Below, one piece after another: positions 26,171 to 36,700 of a stretch of 64,000 bases of DNA. The position numbers and the translations under genes are program-made. The notes under the pieces are model-generated. The model ran no database searches and was not told the DNA's origin. It saw only the letters and a list, made by a program, of their open reading frames with translations. How positions within the stretch are numbered: the first letter of the stretch is position 1; each line of letters begins with the position of its first letter. This DNA comes from Planctomycetota bacterium (lineage in GTDB: Bacteria > Planctomycetota > PLA2 > JAEUHO01): positions 128,001 through 192,000 of the forward strand of contig CBDCWP010000030.1 in the NCBI GenBank assembly GCA_965223505.1. Direction: 5' to 3'.

Positions 26171-28558
26171 ATGGCCCGTACCACCACTGCCGCTTCAGCC
26201 ACACGCACAACGCCCGAACGCGTCCAGGAGCCGATGGGACTCGAGCTCATCGGGGTGGCCATGTGCCTCGGCGGCGTGCTCGTCTCGGCCGCGATGCTCA
26301 CCCTCGGTCCGGAGGGCAGCGGGGGGAGCCTTCGCAACGTGATCGGGCCTTGGGGTCGCGGGACCGCCGACGCGCTGGCACGCGGCTTCGGACTCGGCGC
26401 GTGGATGCTGCCGATCTTCGCGGTGCTGTGGGGCGCGCGCTGCGTACGCGGCGACCAGCCGCGCAACTTCGCCCGGCGGCTGATCCTGCTGCCGGTGCTC
26501 ATGGCGCTCGTCGCGACGGCCGCGGCCTTGTTCATGCGTTCGTGCCCGTTGCCGGGTCTGGAGCGCAGCGGACCCGGCGGCTATCTCGGCGTCGCGGCCG
26601 GGCACCTCATGTACCGGGCGCTCGGCGCCGGCTCCGGTCTCGTGGCGCTCTTCGGCATCTTCGCGGTGCTGCGCCTGATCACCGACGTGAACCTCGCCCC
26701 GCTCGGGGCGCGAATCCGCGAGGCGTTCGGCCTGCGTCCGTCGACGAAGCCCCGCGAGGCGGACGTCGAGTCCGACGACGACCAGGAGTGGGAGTACGAG
26801 GACGAAGACGAGTACGGGGACGCCGACTACGAGGAGGAGTACGAGTACGAAGAGGACGAGGGCGACGAGGAGTACGAATACGAGTACGAGGACGAAGCGG
26901 AGTACGAAGAGGAGGACGAAGCGCCGGCACCCAAGACGAAGCCGGCCAAGCGTCGCAAGCGCGCCGCGCCGTTGGTCACGCCGGCTGCGCGTAAGAAGAA
27001 GAAGTCACGTCCCAAGGACCGCGGCGAGTACGTCGTCCCGTCGATCGAGCTGCTGGCCGAAGGCAGCGCGGCCGACCCGGAGGCGATTCGCGAAGAGGTC
27101 GAAGCCAACGTGCAGATCCTCGAGGAGACGTTGGCGTCGTTCGGCGTCGAAGCGCGCGTGGTGTCCAGCGTACGTGGGCCGGTCATCACGTTCTGCGAGA
27201 TCAAGGTGCCTTCGGGCATTCGATTGTCGCGCGTCACGGCCTTGGCGGACGACCTCGCCATCGCGCTCAAGGCGCCGAGCGTGCGCATCGTCGCCCCCAT
27301 CCCGGGGCGTAGCACGGTCGGCATCGAGGTGCCGAACCTGCAGCGCGACACGGTGTGCATTCGCGACCTGCTCGAGCAGAGCGGCAATGCCCTCGAGCGC
27401 AAGGCGATTCCGATCCTGTTGGGCACCGACACGTCGGGACGGCCGATCATCGAGGACCTGGCCTCCATGCCGCACCTGATGATCGCGGGCGCGACGGGCT
27501 CGGGTAAGAGCGTCTGTATCAACAGCATTCTGCTGTCGATCCTGTTCACGCGTTCGCCTGACGAGGTGAACCTGATCCTGATCGACCCGAAGCAGGTCGA
27601 GCTCTCCTTCTTCGAGGGCATCCCCCACCTGATCACGCCGGTCGTGACCGACATGAAGCGCGCCTCGAAGATTCTCGAGTGGGCGGTGGAACGGATGGAG
27701 GAGCGCTACAGCTGGCTCCTGGCCTGCGGGGTGCGCAACATCGCCGGCTACAACAAGCTCCCGAAGGAGAAGCGGGCGGAGATTCGCGAGAAGCGGGCCC
27801 TGTCGGAAGACGACCTTCCGGACCACATGCCGTACTTGACGATCATCGTGGACGAGCTGGCCGACCTGATGCTGACGAACGGCAAGGACGTCGAGCTGGC
27901 GATCACGCGTCTGGCCCAGAAGAGCCGCGCAGTCGGCATTCACATCGTGTTGGCGACGCAGCGCCCGAGCACGAACGTGATCACGGGTCTGATCAAGGCG
28001 AACATGCCGACGCGCATCGCGTTCGTCGTGTCGAGCAAGATCGACAGCCGCGTGATCCTGGACGCGAACGGCGCAGACAAGCTGCTGGGCATGGGCGACA
28101 TGCTGTACATGCACCCGCGCAGCCTGCACCTGCGGCGCGCGCAGGGGACGTTGGTGACGGACGACGAGGCGCGGTCGACGGTGGACTTCCTGAAGGGGCA
28201 GTATCCGGACGTCGAGTACGAGGACTTGCTGAAGAAGGACGCGGGCCAGCTGAACGATCCGATGGCGGAGGACGATCTGTACAACGACGCGGTGCGCGCG
28301 GTGCTCAGCTCGGGATTGGGCAGCGCGAGCATGTTGCAGCGTCGGATGGGGATCGGCTACACGCGTGCGTCACGGCTGATCGACATGATGTGCGACCGCG
28401 AGATCGTGGGTCCGCACGTGGGCAGCAAGGCGCGCGAGGTATTGGTGGATCTGGACGAGTGGGAAGCCATCCAGGCCGAGATGCAGGGCAAGGGACTGAA
28501 GGCCTCGCAGATGTACGACGAAGATGATCCGCCCTGTGTAGACGAGAGTTGGGACTAG
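26171..28558 (+). CDS. ftsK: DNA translocase FtsK
   Basis: N-terminal TMs, PHLMIAGATGSGKS, LIDPK, IVDELADLM, LATQRPS, GADKLLGMGDML, gamma domain LQRRMGIGYTRA. Confidence 0.96.
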   Translation: MARTTTAASATRTTPERVQEPMGLELIGVAMCLGGVLVSAAMLTLGPEGSGGSLRNVIGPWGRGTADALARGFGLGAWMLPIFAVLWGARCVRGDQPRNFARRLILLPVLMALVATAAALFMRSCPLPGLERSGPGGYLGVAAGHLMYRALGAGSGLVALFGIFAVLRLITDVNLAPLGARIREAFGLRPSTKPREADVESDDDQEWEYEDEDEYGDADYEEEYEYEEDEGDEEYEYEYEDEAEYEEEDEAPAPKTKPAKRRKRAAPLVTPAARKKKKSRPKDRGEYVVPSIELLAEGSAADPEAIREEVEANVQILEETLASFGVEARVVSSVRGPVITFCEIKVPSGIRLSRVTALADDLAIALKAPSVRIVAPIPGRSTVGIEVPNLQRDTVCIRDLLEQSGNALERKAIPILLGTDTSGRPIIEDLASMPHLMIAGATGSGKSVCINSILLSILFTRSPDEVNLILIDPKQVELSFFEGIPHLITPVVTDMKRASKILEWAVERMEERYSWLLACGVRNIAGYNKLPKEKRAEIREKRALSEDDLPDHMPYLTIIVDELADLMLTNGKDVELAITRLAQKSRAVGIHIVLATQRPSTNVITGLIKANMPTRIAFVVSSKIDSRVILDANGADKLLGMGDMLYMHPRSLHLRRAQGTLVTDDEARSTVDFLKGQYPDVEYEDLLKKDAGQLNDPMAEDDLYNDAVRAVLSSGLGSASMLQRRMGIGYTRASRLIDMMCDREIVGPHVGSKAREVLVDLDEWEAIQAEMQGKGLKASQMYDEDDPPCVDESWD

Positions 28559-28785
28559 CGGTGCGGCGCAGTGTGGCGCGCTGCGGTGTCGGCGTCGTTG
28601 CGTAGCAGACTCCGCGGCCTCCCAGCCTCCTTGCATCGCATCCACCCTGCGCAGCCCCGTTCGGGAAGAGAGAGGGCCGGCAAGGGTGCCCCGGCCCCCA
28701 CCTGCGGCCGCAGCCGCACGAGGAGCGCTCACCCGCGGCTCCGCCCCTCAGCGTCGGGGTCCCCCACCCTTACGATCCCCCCCAC

Positions 28786-30621
28786 ATGAGCACGCGCCGC
28801 CTCATCCCGGGCTTCATCGCTCCCGGTCTGGTCCTGACGCTGATCGCCGTCCAGATCGCGTTCGGTGTGCGCGGCTTCGACAACCCCAAGGGCGGATTCG
28901 CCGCCGTACTCGAGCTCCCCGGCGTCATCGCAGGCTGGGGCGGCATTCTCTTCCTCTTCCCTGTGCTCGTCTGGCTCGTTCTCGACTGGTGGGGCTTCGC
29001 GCCCAGCAGCTTCGCCCTGCGCGCCCTCGGCGCCGGCGCCCTCGCACTCGCCGCCGGCTCGCTCTTCGCGCTCTTCGGCGGCGAAGCATTCGGCGGATCC
29101 GTCGGCGCCGGTCTCGCCGCGCTGCTCGAGGACACCGTCGGCTTCCCGATCGCGATCTGCGTGCTGGCCGCCATGGCGGTCCCCGGCCTCATCCTTGCCT
29201 TCGCCGGTTTCGGCGGGGCCGGCGGCGCGAAGCGTCCCGCTCCGAAGCCGGTGCTGCAACAGACGCCGGCACAGAGCGACGCCGTCGTGGAACGCAAGCC
29301 GCTCTTCGGGTTCATGCGGCCGAAGAAGAAGGTCTCCAACCTGGCCGACCTCGTGCGCGACGCCCCCAAGGCGAAACGCAAGCCGGGCGAGCCCTGGTAC
29401 CCGTCGCAGCAATTCAGCGAAGAAGGCGACGAGGTGCCGATGGACTTCGACGGCGCCCGCGACGTCGGCGGCATTCGCTTCGTGGACGATCCCGAACCGG
29501 AAGACGTAGTCGAAGAAGCGGCGCCGGACAGCGAGACCGCCCTCGAGGACGAAGCCGACGCGATCGAGCCCGAAGAGGAACCGGAAGGTCGTCTGCACGT
29601 CGACGGCAACGGAGCCGAGGTCGTCGTCGCGGAGGTCGTCGGCGCGCCCGCGGTGGAACCCGAAACCGTCGGCGACGCGCCGGCCCCTTTCGATCTCGAT
29701 CCGGTCGACGACGACGAGGAACCGGCGCCCGCGCCCAAGCGCAAGCCGGACGCTTCGTGGGACAAGCTCGAGGACGAAGCAGAGGACGAGCCGCTGCCGC
29801 CGGGCGTGCGCTACGCAGAGCCGGCGCCGGCCGCGCAAGCACCCGCCCCGGACACCTCGGACAACGGCGAGGGCGAGGAGTCGGTCGAGGCGCTCGACGA
29901 CGAGGACGAAGCCCTGCACGAGCTGATGCGCGGCACGCCGCCGGCGGCGCAGCCGCCCATCCACACGAGCCGCGAGGTGCGGGAATCGATGCGCAACACC
30001 CTCTTGCCCGAGCAGATGCAGGAGGCCAGCCGGCGCTACCTCAAGAAGCTCGAGTCGTCGGGCATCTTCGACTTCCTGGAAGAGGACGAGGAACCGGCGG
30101 CCAAGAAGCCGGCCGCGAAACGCAAGAAGGCCGCCAAGAAGCCGGCGGCAAAGAAGAAGAAAGCCGCGAAGAAGAAGGCGGCACGAAAGCCCGCGGCCAA
30201 GCGGAGCGCCAAGAAGAGCGCGAAGAAGAAGGCCGCCAAGAAGAGCGCCAGGCGCAAGACGGCGGCGCGCCGTACGACGGCGCCGAAGAAGGCCCCGGAC
30301 AAGGGCGCGCCGTCGAAACACCGCTTCCAGGCGACCGGCGAGAGCTCCGAGGAGATCGCCGCGTCGCTCGGGATCTCCGTGGACATGCACCGTCGTCTAT
30401 CGCGCGAGAGCGTCGAGCCGCTGTTCGCACAGGCGGTCGAGATCGCACTCGAGCGCGGTGCGGCTTCTCCCGTGCTACTCACGCGCCGCATGGGCATCGG
30501 CTTCACGGGCGCCAAGAAGCTCGTGCAGCGTCTGGTCGAGGCCGGCGTGCTGGGCGACATGAACGTGAACGGCTCGCACCCGACACGACTCACACGCGAG
30601 GTCTGGGAGCACGTTACGTAG
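28786..30621 (+). CDS. Motor-less FtsK-like protein: TM region, acidic linker, histone-H1-like Lys/Ala tract, FtsK-gamma-like winged helix
   Basis: Hydrophobic N-terminus with FGGSVG; PAAKKPAAKRKKAAKK tract; EPLFAQAVEI...ASPVLLTRRMGIGF..A..LV..L..AGVLG; no Walker motifs. Confidence 0.75.
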   Translation: MSTRRLIPGFIAPGLVLTLIAVQIAFGVRGFDNPKGGFAAVLELPGVIAGWGGILFLFPVLVWLVLDWWGFAPSSFALRALGAGALALAAGSLFALFGGEAFGGSVGAGLAALLEDTVGFPIAICVLAAMAVPGLILAFAGFGGAGGAKRPAPKPVLQQTPAQSDAVVERKPLFGFMRPKKKVSNLADLVRDAPKAKRKPGEPWYPSQQFSEEGDEVPMDFDGARDVGGIRFVDDPEPEDVVEEAAPDSETALEDEADAIEPEEEPEGRLHVDGNGAEVVVAEVVGAPAVEPETVGDAPAPFDLDPVDDDEEPAPAPKRKPDASWDKLEDEAEDEPLPPGVRYAEPAPAAQAPAPDTSDNGEGEESVEALDDEDEALHELMRGTPPAAQPPIHTSREVRESMRNTLLPEQMQEASRRYLKKLESSGIFDFLEEDEEPAAKKPAAKRKKAAKKPAAKKKKAAKKKAARKPAAKRSAKKSAKKKAAKKSARRKTAARRTTAPKKAPDKGAPSKHRFQATGESSEEIAASLGISVDMHRRLSRESVEPLFAQAVEIALERGAASPVLLTRRMGIGFTGAKKLVQRLVEAGVLGDMNVNGSHPTRLTREVWEHVT

Positions 30622-30633
30622 CGCTCATCCCCG

Positions 30634-32295
30634 CTAGGGCGGGTTGCCGGAGCTGTCGGGCGGCGGCGTAGCCGGCGGCTGCGCGGGCGGCGTAGGTGGT
30701 TGCGCCGGCGGTGCGGGCGAGGGTGGTTGCGCAGGCGGCGCGGCTGCCGGGGATTGACCGGGCGCGGCGGCGGCCGGGGGTTGCGCGGGTTGAGCCGGCG
30801 CAGCCGGCGGCGTGGGCTGCGGCGCGCGCGCGGCGAGCTGCGCTTCGACGGGCGCGATGATGTGTTGCTGCAACCCGGCGATCGCTTCCTCCGGCGCGTT
30901 GTACTGGAAGACCTCCAGCACCCACGGGTAGCGCTGCAGATGCTCGAACATCGCGTACTCGGAGTCGACGTTCGCCTGCAGGATCGGCTTGACCGGCACC
31001 GAGGGCAGCGCGGGGACGATCGCCATCAGCTCCTGCGGGATGCTGCGGGGTTCCGTCAGGTCCGCGATGATGAAGCGCGCCATGTGCGCGAGCGTCGAGA
31101 TGGTCTCCGTGAGGTCCCGCTGCGTCGGCTTGTCGAAGTCGAAGATGATCGGGAGGTAGTCGTGCTTGCGCAGCTCCACCCGGAGCGCGTCCAGCACCGA
31201 TTTTCGCGCCTCGGAGAAGCGGCCCAGGATCAGGACGACCTTCGAGGTGATGGTGTCGATGACGCCGCGAATGGCCTGGTTGTTGAGCAACAGGTAGATG
31301 AACTGGCCGATCTCGAGGTTGTCGACGTTGATCGTCGGCTGATCCTCGGGGGTGACGATCATGTTCGCCTGTTGGGTCCCGGTGAGGTTCACGTCCCAGA
31401 CGGAGGCGCCGTACACCCGCGCCCCGGAAAGGACGGCGTTCTCGAAGTTCACGCGCGCTGCGCGCATGTACTGCAGGTCCGTCCGCGACAGATCCGTACC
31501 GACGAACAGCGTGTCCTTGAGCACGCACGCCTCGAGCTCCGCGCCGGAGAGCTTGGCGCCTGAGAGATCGGCCGAGTCGAAGTAGCAGCGCTCGAGGATG
31601 GCGCCCTCGAGATTGGCGTTCACCAGCGTCGCTTCCGTGAAGTCCGACTGGCTGAGATCCGCGCCGGCCAGATTCGCGCCGTCCAGCTTGGCACGCTCGA
31701 ACTTCACCGCGTTGAGCTGCGCGCCGCGCATCACCGCTTGCGTGAGGTCCGCATCGATCAGCACCGCCTCACGCAGTACGGCCTGGGTCAGCAACGCCTC
31801 GCGCATGTCCGCGCCTTCGAGGACGGCCTCCACGAGCATTCCGCCTTCGAGATCGACCTTGGCGAGCTGCGCGTTGGTGAGATCCGCTCGATACAGGCTG
31901 GCGCCGTCCAGGTCGACGCCGGCGAGATCGGCGCCGCTCAGGCTGGCGTGACCGAGGTTGGCGTCGACCAGCGACGCGCCCGTGAAGTCGGCATCGCTGA
32001 AGTCCACCGTCAGCAGCGTTGCTTCGTTCAGGTTCGCGTTCGTGAGGTCGACACCGCCGGTGACGATGGCCTCGGTCATGATCGCATCCGACAGATCGGC
32101 GCCGGCGAGGACCGACTTGTGCAGGTTCGCGCGGCTCAGGTCCACGTTGCTCAGGTTCGCGCCGGAGAGGTCGACGCCCTCGAGCTGGGCGTCCGCGAGG
32201 CTCGGAACGTCGGCGCCCTTCTCACGCTCGGCGTTCCATTGCGCGATCGACTCTTTACCGCCGCGCAGGAGTTTTTCGGCGGCCTCGCGGTCCAT
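30634..32295 (-). CDS. Pentapeptide-repeat protein with C-terminal TIR-like alpha/beta domain and Pro-rich tail
   Basis: Long A(D/N)LxG pentapeptide array; KVVLILGRF...PIIFDFDKP..RDLTET...ARFIIADLT.PRSIPQEL; ATG 32295 with GAGGA RBS. Confidence 0.8.
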   Translation of the reverse strand: MDREAAEKLLRGGKESIAQWNAEREKGADVPSLADAQLEGVDLSGANLSNVDLSRANLHKSVLAGADLSDAIMTEAIVTGGVDLTNANLNEATLLTVDFSDADFTGASLVDANLGHASLSGADLAGVDLDGASLYRADLTNAQLAKVDLEGGMLVEAVLEGADMREALLTQAVLREAVLIDADLTQAVMRGAQLNAVKFERAKLDGANLAGADLSQSDFTEATLVNANLEGAILERCYFDSADLSGAKLSGAELEACVLKDTLFVGTDLSRTDLQYMRAARVNFENAVLSGARVYGASVWDVNLTGTQQANMIVTPEDQPTINVDNLEIGQFIYLLLNNQAIRGVIDTITSKVVLILGRFSEARKSVLDALRVELRKHDYLPIIFDFDKPTQRDLTETISTLAHMARFIIADLTEPRSIPQELMAIVPALPSVPVKPILQANVDSEYAMFEHLQRYPWVLEVFQYNAPEEAIAGLQQHIIAPVEAQLAARAPQPTPPAAPAQPAQPPAAAAPGQSPAAAPPAQPPSPAPPAQPPTPPAQPPATPPPDSSGNPP

Positions 32296-32527
32296 CGGAT
32301 GCGTCCTCGGGTCTCGTCGTCGAAGGGTACGCAACATCTTCACGGGATGCATCGCCTGGCGCTCCGACAAACCCGGATCGGGCGCGATGTCACCGCGAAG
32401 ACACGGCGACTCGGGCCCCACCTACGCAAAACAGAACATCGTTGGATGATCGGGTCCCGGTTGCTTGTTTGTCCGCCGTTTCCGGCCTACCGTTCGTAAA
32501 GGTGTCACCGTCGTGAGGACGTCCCGA

Positions 32528-33712
32528 ATGCGAGTGGATCGGTGGGCAAGGTGTCTGTGCGCCTTCACGCTCGCCTGGGCGCTCGCGGGCTGCGCGCAGA
32601 GTGTCGTATCGGCGCCGCAGCCGGCGGCAGGCGCCTGGACGACGCCGCCGACGGGCGCCGCGCTTCGCGCGCAGCCGCGCTTCGAGCTGGCGCGAACGCC
32701 GTCCGCGACGACGGCACGGCCTCCCTGTCCGCCCGATCCCTGTCCGCCGGATCCGTGCCCGCCGATCCAGCGACAGGTCGTGACGGCACCGACGCCGGCC
32801 GCGCCGCCGCGCATCGAAGACCCGTGTTCGCCGCCGTTGAGCTCGCGTGTCGAGCGGCAGCCGCCTTGTCCGCCGGATCCCGCGACGGTGCGGCTGCGCA
32901 ATCCCGCACAGGCCGCGGCGCGGCGCTTCAACGGGTACGTCGCCTACGTCGCACCGGACTTCATCGACGCTGGCGTGTTCTACCGCGCGCTGGACCGCGT
33001 ATCGGTGGGCGTCGTGGCGCGACAGGACTTCGAAACCGAACAGCTTCCCGAGCTCGGCTCGGCCAAGCGTCCGGCCGCGGACGCCGTCCTCGACTTCGAC
33101 CGGTCGTCACAGTTTTCGTTCGGTCCCGCGCTCTACGTGAACCTCGTGCGCGAGACGCGTTCCCAGCCTTCGATCGGTCTCTTCGGAAGCGCGTACGAGT
33201 TCGGCACCGAGGACATCGAGAAGCTGCGTACGGTCGCGTTGACCGCCAGCAAGCGCTTCCCGGTCCGCAGCGGGCGCTCCGGGCTCGTTCGCAGCTTCGG
33301 CGTGAGCGGCGGGGGCGGCTACTGGTGGCGCAGCAAGCCGTCGGGGCTGGAGGACACGGACGGGTTCGTCGGCTGGCTGCGCGGTGACATCCAGCTCGCC
33401 CGCGGCTTCGGGGTGTTCGCCGAGATCTCGACGCAGCCGAACCACTGCGACGGCGCGTACGCGATCGGGCTTCAGTGGGTGAGCGACTTCGGGGTCACGT
33501 TCAGCATCAGCTACTACGACTGCTTCGCCGAGGACCGGGACGCGATCCAGCTCACGCCGGACGCGAAGGCCGGCAACTTCAAGCCGACGCGACGGCAACG
33601 AACGGACTTCACGAGCGGCGTCGACGCCTCGAGCGGCGCCTCGCCGCGGGCCTCGTCATGGGACGACGAAGACGAGTCGGGCCCGACGGCGGGCTTGATC
33701 CACGATGAGTAG
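32528..33712 (+). CDS. Lipoprotein with Pro/Cys-rich linker and beta-barrel-like (YjbH-like) domain, paralogue A
   Basis: Lipobox LAGC; PPCPPDPCPPDPCPP; amphipathic beta strands; collinear with 37581-38687. Confidence 0.6.
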   Translation: MRVDRWARCLCAFTLAWALAGCAQSVVSAPQPAAGAWTTPPTGAALRAQPRFELARTPSATTARPPCPPDPCPPDPCPPIQRQVVTAPTPAAPPRIEDPCSPPLSSRVERQPPCPPDPATVRLRNPAQAAARRFNGYVAYVAPDFIDAGVFYRALDRVSVGVVARQDFETEQLPELGSAKRPAADAVLDFDRSSQFSFGPALYVNLVRETRSQPSIGLFGSAYEFGTEDIEKLRTVALTASKRFPVRSGRSGLVRSFGVSGGGGYWWRSKPSGLEDTDGFVGWLRGDIQLARGFGVFAEISTQPNHCDGAYAIGLQWVSDFGVTFSISYYDCFAEDRDAIQLTPDAKAGNFKPTRRQRTDFTSGVDASSGASPRASSWDDEDESGPTAGLIHDE

Positions 33713-33724
33713 CCTGGCGGTCGG

Positions 33725-36700
33725 CTAGCCGCTCGCCGGCGGGACGCCGGGCGATGCCAACTGCGCCTCGAGCTCTGCAACTCGCTCGAGCTGTCGCTCG
33801 CGTTTCATCAGCTCGAACTGCCCGCGTGCACGGGCAAGTTCCTGCTTCGCACCCACGGGATCATTCGCCGCCGCAAGTGCCTGAGCGAGCTCCAGTCGCG
33901 TCGCGGCGGAGCCTTCCTCCGCCTTCGCGTCCGCCAGCTTCTCGACTGCCTTTCGCAACCAATCGCAAGCGCTGCGGAAGTCCGACGCTTGAAGCGCAAT
34001 TCGGCCGAGGCCGCGCCACGCGAAGCCGACGGCGTCGGGGTGCTTCTCCTCGGGAAAGGACTCGAGGAGACCTTCGTATGTCGCCTTCGCCGCGGCCGGA
34101 TCACCCGCAACGAGTTGCGCGTCGCCCAGAACGGCGGTGATGTGCCCCGCCGCGGACTTGTGAATACCGCCTTCGAGGAGCTTCAGCGCCGCTTGCGCAT
34201 ACGCAACCGCGTCGGCTCCGTCGCCTTCCTCGATTGCCAGCTCGGCGAGATTGCACTTCGCGACGGCGGTGCTGTAGCGGTCTCCCGCTTTCTCCCAAGT
34301 GGCGGCCGCCTGCTCGAAATTCACCCGCGCCATCGCGAGGTCGCCCATCGATTGCAGCACGAGCCCCAGGTTCACCTTGATGCCGACGACGCGTCGCGAA
34401 CCTGCCTTTTCTCCAACCTCGATCGCGCTCTCGTACGCGCGTTTGGCTCTCTCGAGATCACCTGCGAGGAGACGAGAGCTTCCGAGCCCCTTGGCAGCGC
34501 GGATCTGCTCGTCGACGATGCCGAGTTCGTCGGCACCCGCCTTCGCCTCCGAGAAGAGAGCGATTGCCTTCGAAAGTTCACCCTGACGACGGCAGATGCC
34601 TCCCTCGTAGATGTTCGCCAGGACGCCGATGCGGGTCGGCTCACCGCCGGCGCGGACAATACGTCGGGCCTCGCGAAATCGGTTTCTCGCGGCCTTGTTC
34701 TCGCCGCGGTCGCCATGGAGCTGCCCTTCGTCACAAAGCGCTTCCGCGAGCACCGCGCGACCCTCGGCGCCGGCGTCCCTCGCCATCTTGATGGCGTTCG
34801 CGAAGTGCGCTGCGGCGGCGGCGTGGTCGCCTTGCTTGTCGGCGATGACGCCCAGCCAGCGCGTCGCCTCGGCCTTCTCCACGTCACACGTCGACTCTGC
34901 CAGCATGGTGTCCGCCCACGCCTTCAGCGCCTCGTAGTTCGCGTTCTCATAGTGCACGTGCGCAACGCCCTTGTACGCCGTGGCGCGCGCCTCCAACGCC
35001 TGGTCGTCGTCACCTGTCGTGTTCGCAATGACCTGTTGAAAGATCGCAAGCGCTTCGTCGTGCTTGCCGCCGTAGAGCGCCTTCACCCCGTCGTCGACCG
35101 TCGCGTCCGGCGGAACCTCCACAAGCGTCTTCGGCTCGGCCTCCGGTCCCGCATCGCCCTCGACGGGCGTCTCCGACGCACCGGGCACGTCGTCGTCTGT
35201 CGGTTCTTCGGCCGCGGCCGGCTCTTCGCTCTCAGCGGCCGGCGCCGGCGTCTCTGTCTCCGCCGACTGCGTCTCCACCGCGTCAGGTGCCGCCTCCGTC
35301 GCAGCCTCCGGCCGTGACTCGGTCTCGGTCGCGGGCGTCTCGGTTGCGGGCGCCTCGCTATCGGGCGCCTTCTCTTCGACCATCGCCGGCTCGACGCCCA
35401 ACAGGGCCTGGACTTCGGCGATCGCCTTGTCCGTCTTGAAACTCCTCGCGCGGTCGAGCTGCTCTCGGGCGCGATCGAGCGCCCGCGTGGCGCCCTCCGT
35501 GTCGCCCGCCGCGTAGAGCGCCCGCGCGAGATCGAGCCGCGCCTCTGCCGCGTCCGCGCCGGCTCTCGCGTCGCCAAGGACGTCGACGGCCTTCACGAGC
35601 AGGCGCTTCGCCGCCTCGGCGTCTTTCTGTTCCAAACAGATGCGCCCCAACCCGGCGGTCGCCAAGCCGTGCGCTCGCATGTGCGGCTTGCCGGTGAACG
35701 TCTCGGGGATGCTCTCGTACGTCGTCCTGGCGGCATCCAGGTCCCCGGACGCGAGCTGCGCGTTGCCGAGATCGACCGTGACGAGTGCCCGGAGGTTCTC
35801 GTTCGCACCGCCTTCGAGCAGCGTCAGTGACGCGTTCGCCTCTTCGATCGCCTTGTCGTACGCGCCCGTCTCCGCAGAGAGCTGGGAGAGATTCGCCGTT
35901 GCCAGCGCCATGCCCGCGACGTCACCCGCCTTCTCCCATTCGGCGAGCGCTTGCTCGTTGTAGGCGCGCGCGGCTTCGAAATCGCCGGTCTTCGTCGCGA
36001 CGCTGGCGAGGCCGATCGACGGCCCGATGATGAACTCGGTCGAGCCCAGCTCCTCTCCGATCTCGAGCGCGTCCTCGAACGAGCGCTGGGCGCGGTCGTA
36101 CGCACCGAGCTCGTGATGGACGTTGCCGAGCGCGTTCGCCGATCGCGCGGTCTCGAGGGCGTAGCCGAGGATCTCGGCCGTCGTATGCGCGCTCGTGAAC
36201 AGCGCCGCCGCCTGGGACAGACGGCCTTCGCGACGCTCGATGCCGCCTTCGATGAGGTCCGCCAGGACCCCGATGCGCGTCCGCTTCTTCTTGGCACGGG
36301 CGACGCGGCGCGCTTCACGCAGCCGCTCCTTCGCCTCGTCCATCTCGCCGGCCTCGCGCAAGGCAAGCGCCTCGTCGCAGAGCGCCTCGGCCAAGACCTG
36401 ACGACCCTCCGAGCCGACCTCGCGGGCCGCCTCGATGGCCTTGCGTCGGTGCCGCGCCGCGGACTCCTTGTCTCCGCGCCGCTCGAGCGACAACGCGGTC
36501 CAACGTTCGGCCTCGGCCTCGTGCGCCTTCGTCGCCGCGACCTGCGTCATCGTCTCGGCGTACGCCTGCACCTTGTCGTAGGCGGTGAGCTGCAGGTGAA
36601 CGCGCGCCAGGCCGCACAGCGCCTGGAAGTGCGTCTCCTTGGACTCGTCGTCGTCGCCGTCCTTCGACGCCTCGACGAGTTTCTCGTATTCCGCGATCGC

